From contig JASTWF010000180.1 of assembly GCA_030390025.1 (NCBI GenBank), positions 372,001 through 436,000 on the forward strand: a stretch of DNA of 64,000 nt, given 5' to 3'. This stretch comes from Squalus acanthias. Lineage: Eukaryota. Below, in pieces: positions 1 through 9,278 of this stretch. Below the pieces are notes generated by a model. The model did no database searches. It had not been told where the DNA came from and was given only the letters and a program-made list of their open reading frames with translations. A program made the translations under genes and the position numbers. Every line of letters begins with the position of its first letter. The first letter of the stretch is position 1.

Positions 1-54
1 TGGACAATGATACCTCTGATCACTTCCCCGCTGATACATTTAACTGTGTGTAAT

Positions 55-560
55 TTCATAGAAGCTTGCAGTACATAAGGAGGCCATTCGGCCCATCGTG
101 TCTGCGCCGCCGCTTTGAAAGCTCTATGCAATTAGTCCCACTCCTCTGCTCTTGCCGCATAGCCCTTGTTTACCACCTCCCCCCAACTTCAAGTATTTAT
201 CCAATTCTCATTGGAAAGTTTCTATTTAATCAGCTTCCACCGCCCTTTCAGGCACTGCAACCCAGATAATAAAAACTCGCTGCGGAAAACAAATTATCCT
301 CACCTTCCCTCTGGCTCATTTACCAATTATCTTAAATTTGTGTCCTCTGATTACCGAACCTCGCGCCAATGGAAATTGTTTCTCCCTATCTACTCTGTCA
401 AAACCAGATATAGTTTTGAATACCTTTAATAAGTTCCCTCTCTGCTTTGCTCTCAGGAGAACAAACTCAACTTCTCTAGTATCTCCACATACTGAAATCC
501 CGCATCCCTCGTGCATCTCTAGTCAATCTCTGCTTCACCCCTTCAATGCCTTAATATATA
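55..560 (-). mobile_element. CR1-type LINE 3' fragment (boundaries approximate)
   Basis: Minus-strand translation RGNLLKVFKTISGFDRVDREKQFPLARGSVIRGHKFK matches the CR1 ORF2 C-terminus; typical 3' UTR (aggccattcggcccat on + strand). Confidence 0.75.
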
Positions 561-1110
561 TTTGATTGGGTTTTCATTTATGCTGACATTTTATTTAAAC
601 ATTTGTTACTTAACTTAACACGGAAAATGAAATGGACCATGACATAAGAAAACTACTAGGCACTTGGTCTAAGCGTTAAACCAAGCTTTAATCAACTGTT
701 TTTCAACATGGAGGTCTAGTTGTGTCCTTAGCTAGCTCCTGTTAAAGATTGTTCTGAGCAAGCTAGGCCCATGCCCGAGTATTTATACTCTCCCAGGACA
801 GCGCTACCAGCAGGCCGCCCGGTATTATTTCATAAGTCATTTCCACATGAATGACAAGATTCATGTCAGACCACAATTCACCCAGCTTCTTATTGGTCGT
901 TATGCGGATTTCAAGCTATGTTTGGTTAAGGGCACAGGATAGGAAGAGCAGTGAGTGATATGGGTGGGAGGTGTCATCTGGGCCACACCTCCGCTCCGCC
1001 GTTCACTCTCGGGAACCTAGTTATGTCGCCAATCGTGTCTCGCTGCTCCAGATTCGGCCAGGGGCCCTGAGGTCGTCCTAACAGCCCATCAGTCACACAA
1101 GCTCCAAGTC

Positions 1111-1972
1111 ATGGAAATCGTCACCTGTCTCGGAGTGATTCTGGCTCATGTGGCCCGTGAGTTTCCCTTCGCGTTTTTCACTCCAATAAGATATTCGGAG
1201 AAACGACTATCAGGAAAAGATTAAACAGTCTGAGCCTCTTTTCTCTAGCAATTAGAAGACCGATAGGTGACCTAATAGAGGTATTTAAAATTATGAAAGT
1301 GTTTGATCGGGTAGACGTAGAGAAGATGTTTCCATTTGTGGGGGGAGTCCAACACTAGGGACCATAATTATAAGGTAAATAATAAATCCAATAACGGATT
1401 CAGGAGCAAGTGTCTTACTTGGATTGTGGTGAGAATGTGGAATTCGCTATGTAAGGGCAAGCTAGATAAGTTCAGGAGGGAGAAAATAATAGTGGATTGG
1501 TGTTTCGGGTGAGGTGAAGTAAATAGAATGGGAGGATAATCGTGTGGAGCATCAACAGCGTAATAGACCGTTTGGGCCCAGAGGCCTGTTTCTGTGCTGT
1601 AAATACTATGTGAAAAATTAAGTTATTTCCACTTTAAATTCTCTTGCCCTTTGTTCTTCTTCTATTAACAGAAGCCAGCTCTGACATTGTGCTCACCCAG
1701 TCAGATTCGGCCACCACAAAGACAGACGGGGTCCCATCAACTATCGTGTGAATTCACTGGGGGCGACATTGATGACCACATTATATACTGGTATCGGCAG
1801 TTTCCAGGGAAGGGCCTGGAATGGGTAGCCAGATTTTACGATTCCTCGAATATCAATTATGCTACTGGGCTTCGAGACCGATTCTCTGCTTCAGCCGACA
1901 GCTCTACGTTATATTTAAGATTGAGGGACATTGCGGCCGACGATGCTGCCGTGTATTACTGCGCAGCCAACA
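1111..1972 (+). pseudogene. V0: IgW-VH-like / Ig-like V gene segment with a 1-nt frameshift in FR1 (leader exon 1111-1156, intron 1157-1671, V exon 1672-1972)
   Basis: Leader MEIVTCLGVILAHVA, donor C|GTGAGT, acceptor ttaacag|AA, giving QASS-DIVLTQSDSATTKTDG. An extra G in GGGG 1728-1731 leads to TGA at 1749-1751. Removing one G gives SHQLSC(22)EFTGGDIDDHIIYWYRQFPGKGLEWV...DDAAVYYCAA followed by an RSS. Confidence 0.85.
1195..1612 (+). mobile_element. CR1-type LINE 3' fragment inside the V0 leader intron (boundaries approximate)
   Basis: GDLIEVFKIMKVFDRVDVEKMFP motif; 3' end ggcctgtttctgtgctgtaaatactatg. Confidence 0.8.
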
Positions 1973-2011
1973 CACAGCCAGAGGAACACCAGCTGAGCTG
2001 GTGCAAAAACC
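1973..2011 (+). other. 23-RSS of V0
   Basis: Heptamer CACAGCC 1973-1979, 23-nt spacer, nonamer GCAAAAACC 2003-2011. Confidence 0.85.
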
Positions 2012-2264
2012 CAGGCGCAGAAAACCGCCAACACGACGAGCTACTGAAAGGCGGGCAGAAAACGCCGTCCAGCCTCTCTCAGTGAAATGTTCAGATGCTG
2101 CTGATCACCCGCCCAGCCCTCTTTCCGGAAGAGACGCCGGTAACTTCGGCAAGGTGACAGAACGAAAAAAAGACCTCCCACCTCTCGCAAATTCCAGGAA
2201 AACACCGCCAGAACTTCGTTCTGAACTGTTGTAGAACTACCAGGCAGGTTCCATTAGGCCAGTG

Positions 2265-2692
2265 TCAGTTGTGGCTCAGTGGCTGACACTCTCCGCCTCT
2301 GAGTCAGAAGGTTGTGGGCCAAGTCCGCTTGAGCAGAATAATCTAGTGCTGAGGGAGCGCTGCACAGTCGGAGGTGCCGTCTTTCCGATGAAATGTTAAA
2401 CCGGGGCCCCTTCTGCTCTCTCAGGTGGACGTAAAAGATCCTATGGCCACTAGCAGGAGAGTTATCCCCGGTGTCCTGGCCGATATTTATCCCTCAATCA
2501 GCATCACTAAAACAGATTATCTGGTCGGTATCACATTGCAGCTTGTGGGAGCTTGCTGTGCGAGAATTGGCTGCCGCGTTTCCTACATTACAACAGTGAC
2601 TGCACTTCAAAAAGTACTTCATAGGCTGTAAAGCGCTTTGGGACGTCCTGAGGTCACGAAAGGCGCTATACAAATGCACGTCTTTCTTTTTT
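2265..2692 (+). mobile_element. tRNA-derived SINE of the Deu-domain (SacSINE1/AmnSINE-like) type
   Basis: A-box GTGGCTCAGTGG 2271-2282; central core ccccggtgtcctggccgatatttatccctcaa; L2-like tail tgtaaagcgctttgggacgtcc...aaaggcgctatacaaatgca then T-rich end. Family name is from recall. Confidence 0.7.
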
Positions 2693-2914
2693 CTTTCATG
2701 GTTGGCCATGACAGGCCAGTAGTCGTGAAATCGTCCCAAAACCCTAAACATTGGACAAATGTATTAACGTCAATTTCAAAGTTGTCGGTTATAGCGTAAG
2801 AACATTGTTAAGGTGCACTGAATTCAAGTAAATAAATCCTCCTTAATTTTTAATTACGTTTTATATACTTAAGCCCTTCTAATACCTTTTAAATAGTGTG
2901 GGTTACAGTTAATA

Positions 2915-3345
2915 CAATCATAGACATATGCAGCACAGAAGGAGGTCATTCGGGACTGCGCCGGTTTTTTTGTAGAGCTATCCAATTCGTCCCACTCCCC
3001 TGCTCTTTCCATATAGCCGTATAATTTTTATCCCTGCAAGTGTTTATCTAATTTTCTTTTGAAAGTTACTATTGAATCTGCTTCCAGCGCCCTTTCAAGT
3101 CGTGCTTTCCAGATCACAACAACTCGCTGGAAAAAAAATGTGTCCTCATGTCGCCTCTGGTTCTTTTGCCAATCACCTTCAATCTGTGTCCTTGGTTACA
3201 GAACCTTCTGCCGCTGGAAAGCTTTTCTCCTTAATTACTCTCTCAAAATAATTCATGATTTTGAACACTTCTATCAAATGTTCACTTAACCTTCTCCGCT
3301 CTAAGGAGAACAAGCCGCAGCTTCTCCAGTCTCTCCAGAAAACTG
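2915..3345 (-). mobile_element. CR1-type LINE 3' fragment
   Basis: GLFSLERRRLSEHLIEVFKIMN on the minus strand. Confidence 0.8.
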
Positions 3346-3349
3346 AAGG

Positions 3350-3585
3350 ATGATTTTTGTTATGCAGCTGTGATCTGGAATGCACTGCCTGAATGGCGCG
3401 GGGAAGCAGGTTCAATAGTAACTTTCAAAAGGGAGTTGGATATATAGTTGAAAAGGGAAAAAAAATATCGGGCTATGTGGAAAGAGCAGCGGTGCGGGAC
3501 TAAGTAGATAGCTCTTTGAAAGTGTCGGCGAGGCAAGTTGGGCCGAATGGCATCCTCCTGTGCTGTGTGTTTCTATGATTCTAGC
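3350..3585 (+). mobile_element. CR1-type LINE 3' end in opposite orientation to the preceding fragment
   Basis: tggaatgcactgcctga...gggccgaatgg...ctgtgctgtgtgtttctatgattcta tail. Confidence 0.7.
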
Positions 3586-3699
3586 GTAATCAACACATTC
3601 CCAGAAACAACATTAACAATAAATGCCAAATAACATTTTTGCCTGCAACAAAGTGTTATTCATTCATTCAGAAGTAGTGGTGTTCAATTCACGTTTTTA

Positions 3700-4590
3700 T
3701 TCGTTCATGGGATCTGGGCGTCGCTGGCAAGGCCAGCATTTATTGCCCATCCCTAATTGCCCTTGAGAAGGTGATGCTGAGTCGCCTTCTGAACCGCTGC
3801 AGTCCGTGCGGTGAAGGTACTCCCACAGTGCTGTTAGAGAGCAAGTTCCAGTATTTTGAACCAGCGACGATGAAGGATCGGCTATATGTTTCTAAGTCAG
3901 GATGGTGTGTCACTTGGAGGTGAAATTGGAGGTGGTGGTGCTCCCATGCGCCTGCTACCATTTTCCTTCTAGGTGGAAGAGGTCACGTGCTTGGGAGGTG
4001 CTGCCAAAGAAGTCTTGGCGAGTTGCTGCAGTGCATCTTGTAGATGATACACACTGCAGCCACGGTACGCCGGTGGTGGAGGAAGTGAATGTTTAAAGTG
4101 GTGGATGGGGTGCCAATCAAGCGGGCTGCTTTGTCCTGGATGGTGTCTAGCTTCTTGAATGTTGTTGGAGATACACTCATCCAGGCAAGTGGAGAGTATT
4201 CCGTCACACTCCTTACTTGTGCCTTGTAGATGATGGAAAGGCTTTGGGTTGTCAGGAGGTGAGACACTCGCCGCAGAATACCTTGCCTCTGACCTGTTCT
4301 TGTGGCCACAGTATTTATGTGGCTGGTCCAGTTAGGTTTCCAGTCAATGGTGACCCCCAGGATGTTGATGGTGCGGGATTCGGCGATGGTGATGCCGATT
4401 GAATGTCAAGGGAAGGTGTTGAGACTCTCGCTTGTTGGAGATAGACATTGCCTGACACTTGTGTGGCGCGAACGTTAACTGCCACTTAGCCCAAACCTGA
4501 ACGTCGTCCAGGTCTTGTTGGATGCGGGCATGGACAGCTTCATGATCTGAGGAGTTATGAATGCCGCTGAACACTGTGCAGTCATCAGAC
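3700..4590 (-). mobile_element. 5'-truncated CR1/L2-clade LINE, uninterrupted copy upstream of V1
   Basis: RT C-terminal peptides RIQQDLDDVQVWAKWQLTFAPHKCQAM and IYKAQVRSVTEYSPLAWMS...LDTIQDKAARLIG, broken by frameshifts. Confidence 0.85.
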
Positions 4591-4825
4591 CTACGTCAAT
4601 AATGAGCCATTGTAAAGGCACAGTTTGTGTTTCGGTGGCTGCTGTCACGTGATTGCAGTCGACGTTGGTTGCATGCAACCAATAGCTGGCGACTTCAAAC
4701 CCGCCCCTTTCTGCCTTTTGCATAAAGTCCCATAAGTGAGGATCGGGATCGCACAATCCGGGAACTGCGTTGCCCAGTGAGTGACTGAAGGAACGGCTGC
4801 CTAATTCAGCCAAATGCCCAGAAGG
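4590..4825 (+). promoter_or_regulatory. Putative V promoter / 5' UTR, repeated before every V1-V15
   Basis: Non-TE, CpG-rich segment between the LINE 5' end and the leader. Contains CACGTG 4646-4651, palindrome GGTTGCATGCAACC 4667-4680, CCAAT 4679-4683, GC box 4700-4707, octamer-like TTTTGCAT 4716-4723 and CATAAA 4721-4726. Confidence 0.65.
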
Positions 4826-5291
4826 ATGATGTCGGCGATTTCTCTCGGCCTACTGCTTGGTTACGTATCCAGTGCGTAGCTATAACTGTTCCGAATTGTT
4901 CCAATCTTTCTGTTTCGCTGTGAGTCCCTCTTGGCGTTACAGAGCTAGGAGTCACCACCTTAATTGATGCTTCTTTACTTTTATAGGTGTCCTGTCGGAT
5001 GTGGTGTTGACTCAGCCAGAGGCAGAGACCAGGCGTCTCGGACAGTCCCTGAGACTGACCTGTAAAACCAGCGGGTTCAATCTTGCCAGCTATCGGATGT
5101 ACTGGTACCGACAAGGCCCCGGGAAGGGAATGGATTGGCTAGTTTGGTACGATAGTAAAGACAACCACCAGTACCATCAAGAAGTTAGAGCACGAGTTAC
5201 TGCTTCCAAAGACCTTTCAAACAATATCTTCGCTTTGGGTATCAAGGGATTGACACTGGGAGACAGCGCCACTTATTATTGCGCTCAGAGT
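4826..5291 (+). CDS. V1: IgM-VH-like V gene segment (leader 4826-4871, V exon 4987-5291), apparently functional
   Basis: Leader [15 protein letters not shown], donor A|GTGCGT, acceptor ttatag|GT. Mature [49 protein letters not shown]...[10 protein letters not shown] with both Cys and the FR2 Trp intact. Confidence 0.92.
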
Positions 5292-5330
5292 CACAGTGAT
5301 ACAGGTCAGACCCAGACTTGTACAAAAACA
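5292..5330 (+). other. 23-RSS of V1
   Basis: CACAGTG + 23 nt + ACAAAAACA. Confidence 0.95.
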
Positions 5331-5395
5331 GAAAAGAGGAAATGCAGCATTTTCCGCCATCATCAAACACCAATAAATCCACTGTTGACAGCAGT

Positions 5396-5665
5396 TCATA
5401 GAAACAAAAAACATTCGGCCCATTATGCCTGTGCTGGCTCATTCAAAGAGCTATTCAATTAGTCCCACTCTCCTACACTTTTCCCATAGCCCTGTATTTT
5501 TTTCTTTTTCGAGTATTTACCCAAATCCCTTTTGAAAGTTATCATTGAATTTGGATCCACCAGTCTTTCAGGCAGTGCATTCCAGCCCATAACAACTCGC
5601 TGCGTAATATTTTTATCCTCAAGTCGCCTCTGGTTCTTTTGCCAATTGCCTTAACTCTGTGTCAT
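5396..5665 (-). mobile_element. CR1-type 3' end fragment downstream of the V (present in each unit)
   Basis: catagaaac...cattcggcccat...ttttgaaagttat...gcagtgcattccag, homologous to 2915-3190. Confidence 0.7.
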
Positions 5666-5667
5666 TC

Positions 5668-5788
5668 ACCTGAAACTATATAACTCTGTTTCTCTCTCCA
5701 CAGATGCTGCCTGATCTGCTAAACATTTCCAGCATTTTCTGTTTTAATTTGAGGTTTCCAGCATCCGCTGTATTTTACTGTTGTTTCC
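5668..5788 (+). mobile_element. Short shark-type interspersed repeat, probably a Penelope-like terminal fragment (present in each unit)
   Basis: cctgaaac..taactctgtttctctctccacagatgctgcctga(c/t)ctgct...tttccagcatccgc motif; assignment is from recall. Confidence 0.45.
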
Positions 5789-5789
5789 A

Positions 5790-6290
5790 TGTTTTTGTAC
5801 TCTATGCCTCTATTTATAAAGCCAATGATCCAGATTTACTTTATAACAGCCTTTTCAAATTGTCCTGCCACGTTCAAAGACGGGTGTAGCTATACCCTGT
5901 TCCAGGAGCCCATTTAAAATTGTACCAGTAGTTTATATTGCCTCTCCTCATTCTTCCTACCAAAATGAATCACCTCAAACTTCTCTGCATTAAATTTCCT
6001 CTGCCGTGTGTCTGGCCATTTCATCAATCTATCGATATCGTCCTGAGCTGTGTTACTATCCTCCTCACTGTTCACTAGATTTCCGAGTTTCGTGTTATAT
6101 GAAAACATTGAAAGTATGCCCCTTACACACAAGTCCAGGGCATTACTATAAAGATCAAAAAGAGCAGTGGCCCCAACACCGAGCACTGGAGGACACCACT
6201 GCACACTTGCTTCCAGTCAGAATATCAACCGTTCACCACTATTCTGCGTTCTGCACCTCAGCTAACTTCGTGTCCCCGCTGCGACTGTCC
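5790..6290 (-). mobile_element. Internal CR1 RT fragment (present in each unit; ~170 bp longer in B-type units)
   Basis: TKLGNLVNSEEDSNTAQDDIDRLMKW...KFNAEKFEVIHFGRKN. Confidence 0.85.
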
Positions 6291-6291
6291 C

Positions 6292-7069
6292 TTCGTTCAT
6301 GGGATGTAGCAAGGCCAGCATTTATTGTCCATCCCTAATTGCCCTTGAGAATGCGGTGGTGAGCCGCCTTCTTGAAACGCTACAGTCCGTGTGATGAAGG
6401 TACTCACACAGTGCTGTTAGGGAGGGAGTTCCAAGATTTTGACCCAGCGACGATTAAGGATCGGCGATATACTTGTAAGTCAGGATGATGTGTGCGTTCG
6501 ACGGAAACTTGGAGGTGTTGGTGTTCCCGTGCGCCTGCTGCCCTGGTCCTTCTAGGTGGTAGAGGTGGCGGTTTCGGGAGGTGCTGCCGAAGAAGCCTTG
6601 GCGAGTTGCCGCAGTACATCTTGTAGATGGTACGCACTACAGCCACGTTGCGCCGGTGGTGGAGGGAGTGAATGTTCAAGGTGTTGGATGGGGTGCCGAT
6701 CAAGCGGGCTGCTTTGTCCTGGATGGTGTCGAGTTTCTTGAGTGTTGTTGGAGCTGAACTGATCCAGGCAAGTGGAGAGTATTCCATCACACTCCTTACT
6801 TGTGATTTGTAGATGGTGGAAAGGCTTTGGGGCGTCAGGAGGTGAGACACTCGCCGCCAAATACCCTGCCTCTAACCTGCTCTTGTGGCCACAGAATTTA
6901 TGTGGCTGATCCAGTTAAGTTTCTGGTCAATGGTGATCCCCAGGATATTGATGGTGGGGGATTTGGCGATGGTAATGCCGTTGAATGTCAAGGAGAGTTG
7001 ATTAGACTCTCGATTGTTGGACTTCGTCATTGCCAATGTTAACTGCCACTTATCAGCCCAAACCTTAAC
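6292..7069 (-). mobile_element. CR1/L2-clade LINE, 3' portion (same family as 3700-4590; resumes at 8441-8535; present in each unit)
   Basis: ILGITIDQKLNWISHINSVATRAG...IYKSQVRSVMEYSPLAW... Confidence 0.85.
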
Positions 7070-8440
7070 ATAAGAACATAAGAACATAAGAGCATAAGAA
7101 ATAGGAGCAGGAGTAGACCATTCGGCCCTTCGAGCCTGCTCCGCCATTCAATGAGATCATGGCTGATCTTCAGCCTCAACTTCATTCACCAGCCCTATCG
7201 CCAAACCCCTTGATGCCCTTACTAGTCAGAAATCTATCAACTTCTGTTTTGAATATACCCAATGACTGTGCTTCCACAGCCCAGTGGGTAGGAGAATCCA
7301 AAGATTCACCATCCTCGGTGTGATGACATTTTTCTCATCTCAGTCCTGAATGGCCTATCCTTTATCCTGTGGCTGTGGCCCCTGGTTCTTGACTCCCCAG
7401 CCAAGGGAAACATTCTCCCAGCATCCACCCTATCAAGCTGTGTAACAATTTGGTATGCTTCAATGAGATCCCCTCTCATTCTTCTGAATTCAAGAGAATA
7501 CAGGCCTAGTTTACTCATCTCTTCTCATACAACAGTCCCGGCATCCCAGGAATCAATCTCGTGAACCTTCGTTGCACGCCCTCTATGGCAAGTATATCCT
7601 TCCTGAGGTAAGGAGACCAAAATTGTACACAGTACTGCAGGTTTGGTCTCACCAAGAACCTATATAATTGGAGTAAGACTTCTTTAATCCTGTACTCAAA
7701 TCCTCTTGTAATGAATGTCAGCTTACCATTTTCCTTCCTAATGGCTTGCTGCACCTGCACATTCACATTCAGTGACTCATGTACAAGGACACCCAGTACC
7801 CTTTGAGCACCTGCATTCCTCAATCTTTCACCAATCAGGAAATTTCTACTTTTTCTGCCAAAGTTGATAACTTCACATTTATTCACATTATGTTCCATCT
7901 GCCATGTTCAGGCTCACTCAGTGAGCCTGTCGAAATCCCCTGGAAACCTCTTCACATCCTCTTCAAAACTGACACTGCCACCTAGCTTTGTACTATCAGC
8001 AAATTTGGAAATGTTACATTTAGTCCCCTCATCCAATTCATTGATATACATTGTGTATCGCTGGGGCCCAAGCACCGATGCTTGCGGTACACCACCAGTC
8101 ACAGCCTGCCATCCTGAAAAAGACCATTTATCCCTACTCTTTGTTTTCTGTCTGTTAACTAATTATCAATCAATGCGAGTATATTACCCCCAATTCCATG
8201 TGCCCTAATTTCGTTCACCAACCTCTTGTGTGGGACCTTATCGAAGGCCTTCTGAAATTCCAAATACTCCACTTCTTCCGGTTCCCCTTTGTCTACTCCA
8301 CTAGTCACATCCTCAAATAACTACTATAGATTTGTTAAACAGGATTTCCCTTTCTAAATCCATTTTGACTCTGCCCAATCTTACTATTAATTTCTACGTG
8401 CCCAGTTATTGAATGCTTTATAATAAATTCCAGCGTCTAT
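7070..8440 (-). mobile_element. ~1.37 kb 5'-truncated CR1 LINE nested in the previous LINE (present in every inter-V unit, e.g. 11202-12567)
   Basis: RT motifs YLDFQKAFDKVPH, GVPQxSVLGP, SKFADxTKLGG, CVQFWSPYLRKD; 3' microsatellite tail (AACATAAG)n on + strand; flanking CTGAAC-like duplication. Confidence 0.92.
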
Positions 8441-8768
8441 CTGAACGTCGTCCAGGTCTTGTTGGATGCGGGCATGGACTGCTTCATTATCTGAGCAGTT
8501 GTGACTGCCACTGAACAATGTGCAGTCATCAGACCTACGTCAATAATGAGCCATTGTAAAGGCACAGTTTGTGTTTCGGTGGATGCTGTCACGTGATTGC
8601 AGTCGACGTCGGTTGCATGCAACCAATAGCAGGCGACTTCAAACCCGCCCTTTTCTTGCTTTTGCATAAAGCCCATAAGTGAGGTTCGGGAACCAACAAT
8701 CCGGGACCTGCGTTGCCCAGTGAGTGACTGAAGGAGCGGCTGCCTAATTGAGCCAAATGCCCAGAAGG

Positions 8769-9239
8769 ATGATGTCGGCGATTTCTCTCGGCCTACTGCT
8801 TTGTTTCCTATCCAGTGCGGAGCTATAACTGTTCCATATTGTTCCAATATTTCTGTTTCGCTGCACGTCCCTCTCGTGGGGTTATTACAGAGCCAGGAGT
8901 CACCACCATAATTAATGCTTCTTTACTTTTATAGGTGTCCAGCCGGATGTGGTGTTGACTCAGCCAGAGGCAGAGACCAGGCGTCTCAAACAGACTATGA
9001 GTCTGACCTGTAAAACCAGCGGGTTCAATCTTGGCCGTGACTGGATGTACTGGTACCGACAAAGCCCCGGGAAGGGAATGGATTGGCTAGTTTGGTACTA
9101 CAGTAAAGACAACAAGCAGTACCATCAAGAACTAAGAGCACGAGTTACATCTTCCAAAGACCTTTCAAACAATATCTTCGCTTTGGATATCAAGGGATTG
9201 ACAATGGGAGACAGCGCCACTTATTATTGCGCACAAAGT
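8769..9239 (+). CDS. V2: IgM-VH-like V segment (leader 8769-8814, V exon 8935-9239)
   Basis: Open frame; CDR1 GFNLGRDWMY, CDR2 region WYYSKDNKQ; leader ends VQP; donor GTGCGG. Confidence 0.88.
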
Positions 9240-9278
9240 CACAGTGATACAGGTCAGACCCAGACTTGTACAAAAACA
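9240..9278 (+). other. 23-RSS of V2
   Basis: CACAGTG-23-ACAAAAACA. Confidence 0.95.

Noticed and set aside
605-890. Possible minus-strand solo LTR (TG start, tttaat and tatttata motifs)
   Set aside because: I could not define termini, a target-site duplication or a second copy.
2265-2345. tRNA gene
   Set aside because: The A-box is present but the B-box and cloverleaf are degenerate, and it continues into a SINE body.
4987-5291. IgNAR / NAR-TCR V identity for the array
   Set aside because: The domains have full-length FR2-CDR2 and an IgM-like FR1 and leader; VNARs have a large CDR2-region deletion.
5270-5291. Cryptic FR3 heptamer for VH replacement
   Set aside because: The sequence is TATTGCG (TACTGCG in V0), not TACTGTG.
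5292-5462. V ORFs continue 50-75 codons past YYC ([17 protein letters not shown]...), suggesting a secreted non-rearranging V protein
   Set aside because: The tail is the translated RSS plus CR1 sequence. It has no J-like WGxG/FGxG motif or transmembrane segment, and the stop position varies between copies.
5668-5788. Possible Penelope-type hammerhead ribozyme
   Set aside because: Only the GAAAC half is present; the upstream CTGANGA core is missing in these copies.
5790-5820. TGTTTTTGT nonamer-like motif ~460 bp after each V, a possible D-segment 5' RSS
   Set aside because: No CACTGTG-like heptamer at 12 or 23 nt (TATTTAT/TACTTAT at 12 nt), and the motif lies at the edge of an antisense CR1 RT fragment.
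7067-7100. (AACATAAG)n short repeats recurring every ~4 kb, superficially array-like
   Set aside because: This is the 3' microsatellite tail of the CR1 element. There are no unique spacers and the context is eukaryotic, so it is not CRISPR.
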